Assembly: GCA_963786105.1 (NCBI GenBank)
Contig: CAWAXX010000017.1
Location: 246,452-310,451, forward strand
DNA: 64,000 nucleotides
Direction: 5' to 3'
DNA from: Vulcanimicrobiota bacterium
GTDB lineage: Bacteria; Vulcanimicrobiota; Vulcanimicrobiia; Vulcanimicrobiales; Vulcanimicrobiaceae
Part shown: positions 9,708-18,134 of the stretch, piece after piece
Layout: the number at the start of each line of letters is the position of its first letter
Numbering within the stretch: the first letter of the stretch is position 1
The notes under the pieces: model-generated
What the model saw: the letters and a program-made list of their open reading frames with translations, nothing else
What the model was told of the DNA's origin: nothing
The model's database searches: none
Program-made: the position numbers and the translations under genes

Positions 9708-11452
9708 CACCCCACCGCCGCGCTGGGTTCGTCGCAGTCGCCTTCGCCGTCGCGTGCACGGCCGTCGGTCATGCCGCCGCGAGCGGCGATTATCAAGCGA
9801 AGCTGATCGATTTGGACCGCCGCTATACGATGTGGTCGTTCGAACAAAACCCGACCTCCGCGACCGATTCGGGAGTCCACACCTACGACGCCAAGCTGGC
9901 TGAGTTCTCACCGGCCGAGCAGGCGGCGTCGTTGTCCCACCTGCGCGAGTTTCGCTCCGAACTCGTCGCCTTGCAGCCACCGGCCGGCGCAACCCCACAC
10001 GAGCGGGTCGATTATCTCCTCGTTCGCTCCGACCTCGAAGCCGACTGGTGGAATCGCGGCGTGCTGCGGAGCCTTCAACGCAATCCAACCGTGTACGAGG
10101 GCGAGTGCGCCAACGGTATCTTCTCGATTGTGAAGCGGCAATACGCCTCCGACGACGTTCGCGTGCGCGATGCGATCGGCCGCTTGCGCGCGTGTCCGCG
10201 CGTCTTGAGCGAAGGAGAAGCGAATCTTACGGATACCGTCCGAGAGTTCGCGCAGATCGCGTCGGAGGACGTTCGTGACGGCGATTCGCTCTACACCACA
10301 ACGCTCGATGGGATCGCTCGCGACGTTAGTTCGCAGCGCCGCGCCGAGTTGCGTGTGGCGGTTGCGGCGGCGCTGGACTCGCTGCACGCGTATCGGGCAT
10401 GGCTCGAGGCGCACATGTCCGCGTTCCATGCCGGCGGCTTTGCCGTCGGGAAGGAACAATACGAATGGTACCTGCGACGGGCGTTGTTGTTACCGTTCGA
10501 CAGCGCCGAAGTTGCGACCATCGGACGGCTCGAGCTGTCGCGCGACCGCGCGTTGGAGGCGTGGGAGGCCAATCGCGACGCGCACGAACCGGCGCCGCCG
10601 TCACAGCCTGCGTTCGCAACGAAGGCGGCGTTCCTGCAGTACTACGAAGCGTCGCTCGCCCGCCTGAAGGCCTTCGTCGTGGATCGCAGCATCGTCGACA
10701 TCCCGTCGTACGTCGGACCATTTCATATCGTCGAAGTTCCCAAGGCGCTGGCAGCGACGTATCCGGGGGGCTTCATGAATCCGCCCGGCATGCTGTCGGC
10801 CGATCCGCAAGGATTTTACTTCGTTCCGGACTTCAGCTCGAGCAACACGAGCTTTTTCGTCGAGCAGGCGCGCCAGTCGGTCTTACCGATCCTGGGCCAC
10901 GAGGGAATTCCGGGACATTTCCTGCAGTTCAGCTACGCCTATCACAACCCCGACTTCATTCGTCACGTGCACGACGACGGGGTGTTTGCCGAGGGTTGGG
11001 CGTTCTATGGCGAAGAGATGCTGATGCGGCAAGGGCTCTACGAACGCGATCCGGCTGCCCGGCGCCAAGTCATTCACCTCATGCGCCATCGGGCGACTCG
11101 CATCGGAGTCGACGTCGCGCTTGCGACCGGCGCGATGTCGCTGCCCGAGGCAATTGCGTACTTCCAAAAGAATGCCGGAATCGACTACGCGACGGCGCGT
11201 GGGGAAGCGACCCGCTTTGCGATGAATCCGGGACAAGCCATCGACTATCTCGTCGGCAAGACGCAGATCGAGACCCTGCTCGGTCTCGTGAGCGACGCCG
11301 GCGGCCCGGCCTTCTCGCTGCGGGGATTCCACGATCGGCTGCTTTCCTACGGAACCGTGCCGTTTTCGACCGTACGCTACGAGTGGCTTGGCGACGATGC
11401 TTGGCTCGCACCAGTACGCGATCCCGTCGCGCCGCAGGACTTCACCCCGTGA
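9704..11452 (+). CDS. DUF885 family secreted protein (putative metallopeptidase)
   Basis: HEGIPGHFLQ, FAEGWAFYGE, PGQAIDY, FHDRLLSYG. Confidence 0.85.
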   Translation: MTPHRRAGFVAVAFAVACTAVGHAAASGDYQAKLIDLDRRYTMWSFEQNPTSATDSGVHTYDAKLAEFSPAEQAASLSHLREFRSELVALQPPAGATPHERVDYLLVRSDLEADWWNRGVLRSLQRNPTVYEGECANGIFSIVKRQYASDDVRVRDAIGRLRACPRVLSEGEANLTDTVREFAQIASEDVRDGDSLYTTTLDGIARDVSSQRRAELRVAVAAALDSLHAYRAWLEAHMSAFHAGGFAVGKEQYEWYLRRALLLPFDSAEVATIGRLELSRDRALEAWEANRDAHEPAPPSQPAFATKAAFLQYYEASLARLKAFVVDRSIVDIPSYVGPFHIVEVPKALAATYPGGFMNPPGMLSADPQGFYFVPDFSSSNTSFFVEQARQSVLPILGHEGIPGHFLQFSYAYHNPDFIRHVHDDGVFAEGWAFYGEEMLMRQGLYERDPAARRQVIHLMRHRATRIGVDVALATGAMSLPEAIAYFQKNAGIDYATARGEATRFAMNPGQAIDYLVGKTQIETLLGLVSDAGGPAFSLRGFHDRLLSYGTVPFSTVRYEWLGDDAWLAPVRDPVAPQDFTP

Positions 11453-12006
11453 GTCCGCGCATCACCAGCGGCTCGCTCGGCAGCCGTAAGCTGCGCTCAC
11501 CGAAGGGGACGAACGTGCGTCCGACGCCCGGCCGCGTCAAGGAGTCACTGTTTTCGATCCTCACCGGCCGTCTCGAAGGCGCGCGCGTGCTGGATTTGTT
11601 TGCCGGCACCGGAGCCATCGGCTTCGAGGCGGCATCGCGCGGTGCGGCTAGCGTGGTCGCGGTAGAATCTCACCGCGAGACGGCCGCGGCCATCGAAGAG
11701 GCCGCCAAGGGCTTTGGCGTCAACGACGTCGTGAGCGTCTTTGCTGCGCCGGCGGAGCGCGCGCTCTATAGACTGCAGGGACCTTTCGACCTCGTGTATC
11801 TCGACCCGCCGTACGCGAGCGCCGTGCCGCTGCAGCTTTTCGGCCTCTTGCGCGAGCGCGGACTGTTAGCACCGGACGCGCTGGTCGTCTACGAGCACGC
11901 GGCACGAACGATCCTTCCGGAAATACCGGGGTATCGCTCGGTGCGCGAAGAAGTCTACGGCGATGTCGCTCTCGCCTTTTTGGCGCCGCAGTCGTCACCG
12001 GCTTGA
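11449..12006 (+). CDS. rsmD: 16S rRNA m2G966 methyltransferase
   Basis: RPTPGRVKESLF, LDLFAGTG, DPPY; directly upstream of coaD. Confidence 0.93.
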   Translation: MSPRITSGSLGSRKLRSPKGTNVRPTPGRVKESLFSILTGRLEGARVLDLFAGTGAIGFEAASRGAASVVAVESHRETAAAIEEAAKGFGVNDVVSVFAAPAERALYRLQGPFDLVYLDPPYASAVPLQLFGLLRERGLLAPDALVVYEHAARTILPEIPGYRSVREEVYGDVALAFLAPQSSPA

Positions 12007-12524
12007 CCAACGGTAAGCCGTCGCGCAGCACCCGCGCGATCTATCCAGGTTCCTTCGATCCACCGACCTGCGGTCATCTCGACGTCATCGAACGGGCTGC
12101 CAAGTGCTTCGGCGAACTCGTCGTCGCCATCGTCGTCAATCCTCAGAAGCGCAGCCCGATGTTCTCGCTGGACGAGCGCGTCGCGATGCTCAAGGAGTGC
12201 ATCGCGCCTATTAGCAACGCTCGAGTCGAACATTTTCGGGGATTATTGGCCGATTACGTCAAAGCAGCCGAGGCGGATGTCATCGTCAAGGGGTTGCGCG
12301 TAGTTTCCGATTTCGAGAGCGAAATGTCGGCCGCGCTGATGAATCGCGCGCTCTCCGAGGTCGATACGTTTTTCCTGATGTCGGACCAGAAGTACTCATT
12401 CGTTAGCTCGAGCCTCGTCAAAGAGGTGTTCTTTCTCGGCGGCGACGTAGGGTCGCTCGTTCCCGAACCGGTTTTGCGTCTGATGGCCCTCAAACGCGCC
12501 GGATTACACGAATCCCACTCTTAA
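12003..12524 (+). CDS. coaD: Phosphopantetheine adenylyltransferase
   Basis: YPGSFDP.T.GHLD, GLR.VSDFE.E, SSSLVKE. Confidence 0.96.
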   Translation: MTNGKPSRSTRAIYPGSFDPPTCGHLDVIERAAKCFGELVVAIVVNPQKRSPMFSLDERVAMLKECIAPISNARVEHFRGLLADYVKAAEADVIVKGLRVVSDFESEMSAALMNRALSEVDTFFLMSDQKYSFVSSSLVKEVFFLGGDVGSLVPEPVLRLMALKRAGLHESHS

Positions 12525-12535
12525 CGGAGGTAGAA

Positions 12536-13102
12536 ATGTCGGTCTATCGCGTGTTGGATAAACTCGAAGCCTACGTCCACGAAGGGACGTGGCTCCCCGC
12601 GGGTTACCGCGTGTTGTCTGAAGAGCGCCTCATCGAGCTGGTCGAAAAAATTCGCGCCTCCTTGCCGGTGGAGGTTGGGCGCGCAAAGATTATCGCGAAG
12701 GATCAGGACCGCGTGCTGCGCGCCGCTCAGGAAAAAGCTCAGGCCATCGTGGACGAGGCGGCCAGCAAACATGAGGAGTTAGTAGACCAAAACGAGATCG
12801 TGCAGCGCGCGCGCACGACCGCCGACGTCGTTTTGCGCGAAGCTGAAGAGGCTGCGCGGAAGATCCGGGAAGGCGCCGACGGGTACGCCGCTCAGGTCCT
12901 CGGCGAGATGGAAGGCCGCTTATCGACGGCGATCGGGGCGGTTCGAAAAGGCCGCGAATCGTTGGCGCGTCCCGCGCCGGCGTCGGGCCAGGCATCCTCT
13001 GCGGAGCCGTTGGCCGATGCCGCCGCAAAAAGCAAGCGAGCGGCCTTCGACTCGCAGACGGCCGGCGAGGAAACCGCAGCACTCGAATCAGTTGAAGCAT
13101 AA
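12536..13102 (+). CDS. Coiled-coil protein typical downstream of coaD (ATPase subunit H/DivIVA-like)
   Basis: LP.E..RA..I, A.KIREGADGYA; position after coaD; GGAGG RBS. Confidence 0.7.
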   Translation: MSVYRVLDKLEAYVHEGTWLPAGYRVLSEERLIELVEKIRASLPVEVGRAKIIAKDQDRVLRAAQEKAQAIVDEAASKHEELVDQNEIVQRARTTADVVLREAEEAARKIREGADGYAAQVLGEMEGRLSTAIGAVRKGRESLARPAPASGQASSAEPLADAAAKSKRAAFDSQTAGEETAALESVEA

Positions 13103-13119
13103 GTGGGTATAAGCGGTCT

Positions 13120-13536
13120 ATGAAAATTCTCGCAAGCATGCTAGCCCTCGCGAGCGTTCTGGCGGTTCCGGCCATCGCCGACCAAATCGGCGGCGGGATT
13201 TCAGGTTACGTCGTCGACCTCAAATCCGGGAAGCCTATCGACCACGCCGTCATCACGTATTATCGCGCGCCGTTCATCGAAAATGCGACCAACATCATGA
13301 AGCTCGAAACGGACCGACATGGATACTTTCGAGACATCACGCTCGAACCGGGTCGCTACATCGTCATGGCTCAGGTCCCGGGGAAGATTCTGGGATGTGT
13401 CGTCGACGACGTGCAAAGTGGCGAGATCTCACGGATGAAGATCGAAATCGGCCACGATGCCATCATGTGCTCGGGCCCGCGCGTCCATCCGACGTTAGTG
13501 GATCCCAACGCCACCGCCGACGTCTACAGGATCTAA
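13120..13536 (+). CDS. Secreted carboxypeptidase-regulatory-like domain protein
   Basis: Signal peptide, ISGYVVD..SGKPI..A, TD.HGYF, LEPGRY. Confidence 0.7.
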   Translation: MKILASMLALASVLAVPAIADQIGGGISGYVVDLKSGKPIDHAVITYYRAPFIENATNIMKLETDRHGYFRDITLEPGRYIVMAQVPGKILGCVVDDVQSGEISRMKIEIGHDAIMCSGPRVHPTLVDPNATADVYRI

Positions 13537-13540
13537 CTGC

Positions 13541-13581
13541 GTCATCCTGAGCGGAGGCGCGTAGCGCCGCAGTCGAAGGAC
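13541..13581. repeat. REP-like palindromic element GTCATCCTGAGCGGAG...GTCGAAGGAC
   Basis: Imperfect palindrome between convergent genes; second copy at 54996-55036. Confidence 0.8.
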
Positions 13582-13596
13582 GAGCGGAGAGTGCGG

Positions 13597-14544
13597 TTAT
13601 ACGGGCGGCGCTTGGACGTTGTGGGCGAACGCTTCCAACCGGGCACGATCGATGGCTTTGACGCGCCCGCGGTCTAACTCGACCGCGCCGGCGTTTTTCA
13701 GTCGCAGGAGCGCGCGGGCCGCCATGTCGCGAACGGTGCCGGCAGCGGCGGCGATCTGCGCTTGCGAAAGGTGTTCGACGCCGGGAAGGCCGCGCGTCAT
13801 GCCGACCGAGGCGCGCGCGTAGCCGAGTAAAAACTTTGCAACGCGCTGCAGAACGTGCGCGAAGGCAAGGTCGGCGATGGTATCGATGGAGCGCCGCCGC
13901 GCTTGAGACGACGCAATCAAAAATCCCAACGCGAGTTCGGCGTCGTTGCGTGCGGCGTGGATTACCGCTTCGCTCGGCAGTGTCACCACCGTCGCGTCGG
14001 TTAAGGCTTCCGCTCGCGTCGTGGCGCCGCCGCCGTCGAACGTCCCGCTTTCGTTGAGCGTGTCGTGCGTGAGGCGCTCGCCGATCGTATGGGTCTTCCC
14101 GTCGGGCGACAGCAGCGTGTAGATGACTTTGCCCGTCTTGACGATGCCGAGGTACGGCCACATTTCGCCTTCGTCGAAAATCGTATCGCCCGACTTGTAG
14201 GTACGCTCGCTCATCTGCCCGGCAAGCTCTTTGATGGTGCTGGCTTTGGCCGCCGTGAATTGCGGCACGTGCACCAGAAACGTCTCGCCATCGGCATGCT
14301 CGTCAATACGTTCGAGCCGGATCGTCCAGCGGTTGCTTCCGAGGTTACGAGCATCCCATGAGAAATGCCCGGCCCGCATCTGCGTCATTTCGTTGCGCAG
14401 CGCGCGGGGGTCGGTCTCTTCGTTGATTTCCAACGCCGTACCGACCTGAAGTCTATCGAACGCCTCGAGAATTTGGTCGGTCCTGGTTGCGGCGGAAAGC
14501 GAGCGGGCGTCGAGGCTTACGGCGGCTGGACGATTGATCGGCAT
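13597..14544 (-). CDS. Crp/Fnr transcriptional regulator with N-terminal DUF2249-like domain
   Basis: I..AFD.L.VG..LEI.E..DP..L...WTIRLE N-terminus; cNMP barrel; SQAQIAAAAGTVRDMAARAL HTH. Confidence 0.8.
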   Translation of the reverse strand: MPINRPAAVSLDARSLSAATRTDQILEAFDRLQVGTALEINEETDPRALRNEMTQMRAGHFSWDARNLGSNRWTIRLERIDEHADGETFLVHVPQFTAAKASTIKELAGQMSERTYKSGDTIFDEGEMWPYLGIVKTGKVIYTLLSPDGKTHTIGERLTHDTLNESGTFDGGGATTRAEALTDATVVTLPSEAVIHAARNDAELALGFLIASSQARRRSIDTIADLAFAHVLQRVAKFLLGYARASVGMTRGLPGVEHLSQAQIAAAAGTVRDMAARALLRLKNAGAVELDRGRVKAIDRARLEAFAHNVQAPPV

Positions 14545-14597
14545 AGCCGGGCGGTTTTAGGGATGGCCCATCAATGCGCCTGCCGAAGGCGCCGTCC

Positions 14598-15806
14598 ATG
14601 ACCAGCTCCCCCAGCGATAGCGATATCGTCATCATCGCAGGCGCCCGCACAGCTTTCGGCAACCTCGGCGGCGTACTGGCCGATCTCTCGGCAACCGATT
14701 TAGCCGTGGCCGCGGCCGAGGCCGCAATCGCCCGGAGCGGCATTCCCAAGGAGCGTATCGACGAGGTGGTCTTCGGAAACGTCATGCAGACGAGTGCCGA
14801 CGCCATCTACCTTGCGCGTCACGTTGGGCTGCGTGTCGGATTGCCCATCGAGGCGCCGGCGCTCACCCTCAACCGTCTGTGCGGATCGGGCTTGCAGGCA
14901 ATTCTTTCGGCCGGGCAGTCGCTCGCGCTCGGAACGGCCACGTACGCGCTTGCCGGTGGAACTGAGAATATGAGCCAATCGCCGCATGTCGTGCGAGGCG
15001 CGCGTCGCGGCTTTAGTTTCGGACAGAACGTGGCGTTCGAAGATTCGCTCTGGACCGCCCTCACCGACTCTTATGGAAATACGCCGATGGCGATCACCGC
15101 GGAGAACTTAGCAAAGAAATACGGCGTCTCGCGCGAAGAGTGCGACGCTTTCGCCCTCGCGAGTCAAGAGCGCGCCCTCGAAGCGCAGTCCAACGGATAT
15201 TTCGCCGAAGAGATTGCGCCGGTCGACGTACCGGGGCCGAAAGGCTCGACGGTCACCGTCGAAAAGGACGAAGGGCCGCGCGCCGGCCTTTCGATGGAGA
15301 AGCTCGGCAGACTACCCGCGCGTTTCGTCAAAGACGGCGTCGTCACACCGGGGAATGCCAGTGGAATCACCGACGGTGCGGCGGCCGTTGTGCTGACGAC
15401 GGTGAAGCAAGCCAAGGCCGACGGCGTCGAATGGATCGGCCGGATCGTCGGCGCGAGCGTGGTGGGTGTCGATCCTAGCCTCATGGGGATCGGTCCCGCA
15501 TTTTCGATTCCTAAGGCGCTTTCGCGGGCAGGCATCGGCAAAGACGATCTTGCGGTGATGGAAATCAACGAGGCATTTGCGCCCCAAGTCCTCGCCTGTT
15601 TGCGCGAACTCGGCCTGCACCGCAACGGCCTTCGACTCAATCCGCACGGCGGAGCGATTTCGCTGGGCCACCCTTTGGGCGCTTCGGGAGCGAGGCTGGC
15701 GATTACGACGCTGCACGACTTGCGCGAACGCGGCGGCGGATATGGCATCGCTTCGGCGTGCATTGGGGGAGGCCAGGGTATCGCGGCGGTGTTCGCCGCG
15801 CAATAG
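14598..15806 (+). CDS. Acetyl-CoA C-acyltransferase (thiolase)
   Basis: NRLCGSG, EINEAFA, GGAISLGHPLGASG, CIGGGQG. Confidence 0.95.
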   Translation: MTSSPSDSDIVIIAGARTAFGNLGGVLADLSATDLAVAAAEAAIARSGIPKERIDEVVFGNVMQTSADAIYLARHVGLRVGLPIEAPALTLNRLCGSGLQAILSAGQSLALGTATYALAGGTENMSQSPHVVRGARRGFSFGQNVAFEDSLWTALTDSYGNTPMAITAENLAKKYGVSREECDAFALASQERALEAQSNGYFAEEIAPVDVPGPKGSTVTVEKDEGPRAGLSMEKLGRLPARFVKDGVVTPGNASGITDGAAAVVLTTVKQAKADGVEWIGRIVGASVVGVDPSLMGIGPAFSIPKALSRAGIGKDDLAVMEINEAFAPQVLACLRELGLHRNGLRLNPHGGAISLGHPLGASGARLAITTLHDLRERGGGYGIASACIGGGQGIAAVFAAQ

Positions 15807-15817
15807 CCGCCGGCGCA

Positions 15818-16354
15818 ATGATAGCAAACCCGAGGCCGGCAATTCCGTGGGCGAGAGTCTGGGACGTTATCGCGCTCCTGGTCGTCGCGTTCGTGCTTTG
15901 GAAGATTTTCGTCGCGCCGCGTTCGTTCGCCATTGCGGCGTCGGCAGCAATCGCGCCGCACGCGACCTTTGAGCGGTTGGACGGAAGGACGTTCCGGGTG
16001 GCCGACGCGCGCGGACGCTTGCTGTTCTTAGATTTCTACGCGTCGTGGTGCACGCCGTGCAAGGTCGAGCTACCGCTGGTGCGGTCCTGGGCTCGGACGC
16101 ATACACGTGCGCTGGTGGTTCCCGTCGACGTCGCCGAACCGCGCGTCGCCGTCGCCGCCTTCGCGCGCAAGTACGGGTTGGACAACGTGGCGCTCGACCC
16201 GCACGCCGACGCGCAGGGCATTTTTTCGGTCGCCGGTTTCCCTACGGTCGTAGTGATCGATCCACAGGGTCGAATTCGCGCGAAGTGGGAAGGCCTCAAC
16301 CCGGCCATAGCGATGGCCATGAGCAACGCCGAGAGCGCGCTCGGGACGCGTTAG
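15818..16354 (+). CDS. TlpA-like membrane-anchored thioredoxin
   Basis: N-terminal TM, FYASWCTPC, GFPTVVVID..GRI. Confidence 0.85.
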   Translation: MIANPRPAIPWARVWDVIALLVVAFVLWKIFVAPRSFAIAASAAIAPHATFERLDGRTFRVADARGRLLFLDFYASWCTPCKVELPLVRSWARTHTRALVVPVDVAEPRVAVAAFARKYGLDNVALDPHADAQGIFSVAGFPTVVVIDPQGRIRAKWEGLNPAIAMAMSNAESALGTR

Positions 16355-16725
16355 GAATCCGGCTTGCGGGACGCGGAACGGCCGTTGGTGGCTGCAATGC
16401 TCGCGGAGATCGCGATGCCGTCGGCGGCGAGCCACCGTTCGACGTGTTCCACGTACTCGCTGCCAAACGTATCGAGGAGACTTCGGCGGTACGCCGCGTA
16501 GAATTCCGTTTGCGAGGTTCGTACGTAGTGCTCGAGGGCGCGACGGTGAATCGCCATATAGCCGTCGCGCAGGCGAAGGCCGCCGTGAACGAGCATGACG
16601 AGCAGTTCGCTTGCCGAGGTTTCCGGCGTGAGTCCGAGGCGCGATGCAAACCACTCGTCAAGCGCGCGCGGCAGGCGCATCGAACGAGTGGGGCCCATCG
16701 AACCCGAGCCCTTCCGGCGACTCAC
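16351..16725 (-). CDS. Hypothetical protein, possible ribbon-helix-helix N-terminus
   Basis: TRSMRLPRALDEW start; fills gap, co-oriented with His-rich ORF. Confidence 0.5.
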   Translation of the reverse strand: MSRRKGSGSMGPTRSMRLPRALDEWFASRLGLTPETSASELLVMLVHGGLRLRDGYMAIHRRALEHYVRTSQTEFYAAYRRSLLDTFGSEYVEHVERWLAADGIAISASIAATNGRSASRKPDS

Positions 16726-16736
16726 GTCAGCGCGCT

Positions 16737-16940
16737 CTAGCCATCGCGATCATCGCCGTTTTCGCCATCGGATTCGCCGGCGTGGTGGCCTTGGTCGTGG
16801 GCCGTGCCGTCGGCGTGCTTATGCGGGCGTTCGAGATGCTCGTGATCGTGATCGTGGTCGGCGTGGCCGTGTGCGTGGGTATGTTGCGTGCCGTCCGCGT
16901 GCGCGTGCGTGTGGGAGTGCTCGTCCGGCGGCTCCTTCAT
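16737..16940 (-). CDS. Small His-rich putative nickel-binding peptide
   Basis: 67 aa with 17 His, HxHADGTxH twice; divergent from NiCoT; alternative TTG start at 16955 nearer GGAGGGAG. Confidence 0.65.
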   Translation of the reverse strand: MKEPPDEHSHTHAHADGTQHTHAHGHADHDHDHEHLERPHKHADGTAHDQGHHAGESDGENGDDRDG

Positions 16941-17030
16941 AAAGTGATGGTTCAAGCGCTTCGCGGCGCGCTCCCTCCAATCCGAAGTCACTGTAGACGA
17001 ATTGCGCGCGGGCCGGCCTTCTAGAGTACG

Positions 17031-18134
17031 GTGGGCATGATGCCTTCGTCGACGACGGGATTCGATCTGACTGCGCTCGCGAGGGTCTTCGACGACCATT
17101 CGACCACCGTGCGCTCGCGGATCGTGGCGATGTACGCCCTGCTCGTCGCCGGGAACGCCGTCGCCTGGATTTTGGCGGTGGCGGCGTTTGCTTCGCGACC
17201 GGCCCTATTGGGTACCGCGCTACTGGCCTACACGTTTGGCCTTCGTCACGCCGTAGATGCCGATCACATTTCTGCAATCGACAACGTAACGCGCAAACTC
17301 ATGCAGGAAAATAAGCGCCCCGTCGCCGTCGGCTTCTTTTTTTCGCTAGGCCATTCCACGATCGTGGTGGCGCTGACGGCGGCGATCGCCGTTGCGGCGA
17401 TGACGGTTCAGCGGTCGTTTCCGAGTTTAGAGCATCTTGGCGGCCTGGTCGGAACATCGATCTCGGTGCTCTTTCTCTACGGCATCGCGGCTTTGAATTT
17501 CGTCGCATTGGTCGAAGTATTCCGGGCCTTTCGTTGCGTGCGCGACCGCCGTCCTTACGACGCCCAGAGCTTAGACGATTTCCTCATGAACCGCGGTCTA
17601 GTCGGGCGATTTTGCCGTCCGTTGACGCGCCTGGTGGCGCGTAGCTGGCATATGTACCCTCTTGGATTGCTCTTCGGATTGGGATTCGATACGGCCACGG
17701 AAGTGGGCATTCTCGCTATCGCCGCCATCGAAGCGGGCAAAGGCTTGCCGATCGTCACGATTCTGATCTTTCCGCTTCTCTTTACGGCTGCGATGTCGTT
17801 GATCGACACCAGCGACGGGATCCTGATGCTGGGTGCGTACGGTTGGGCGTTCGTGAAACCGGTCCGCAAGCTATACTACAATCTCAACGTCACGCTCGTA
17901 TCGGTGCTGGTCGCGGTGGTGGTAGGGACGATCGAACTGGCCACGGTCGTAGGCGATCGTTTTAAGATGGCTGGGGTCGCCGGTGCGTTTCTAGGACGCC
18001 TCAATGAAAGCTCGGGTGCGCTTGGATTCGCAATCGTCGGCGTCTTCGTGGTTACTTGGTGCGTCTCGCTGTTGATCTACAAGTTGCGGCGCTACGACGA
18101 GCTTCCGGCGGAGACGCTCGAGGGCACGGCCTGA
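17031..18134 (+). CDS. HoxN/HupN/NixA (NiCoT) high-affinity nickel transporter
   Basis: RHAVDADHI signature, FFSLGHST, GLGFDTATE. Confidence 0.95.
   Translation: MGMMPSSTTGFDLTALARVFDDHSTTVRSRIVAMYALLVAGNAVAWILAVAAFASRPALLGTALLAYTFGLRHAVDADHISAIDNVTRKLMQENKRPVAVGFFFSLGHSTIVVALTAAIAVAAMTVQRSFPSLEHLGGLVGTSISVLFLYGIAALNFVALVEVFRAFRCVRDRRPYDAQSLDDFLMNRGLVGRFCRPLTRLVARSWHMYPLGLLFGLGFDTATEVGILAIAAIEAGKGLPIVTILIFPLLFTAAMSLIDTSDGILMLGAYGWAFVKPVRKLYYNLNVTLVSVLVAVVVGTIELATVVGDRFKMAGVAGAFLGRLNESSGALGFAIVGVFVVTWCVSLLIYKLRRYDELPAETLEGTA

Noticed and set aside
10399..11448. Long N-terminal extensions on rsmD (and likewise on dxr, queG, rpsB ORF calls)
   Set aside because: High-GC open-frame run-ons overlapping real upstream genes or leaders
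16644..17024. Val-rich plus-strand ORF resembling a membrane protein
   Set aside because: Antisense shadow of His/Asp codons of the His-rich peptide; also overlaps another gene
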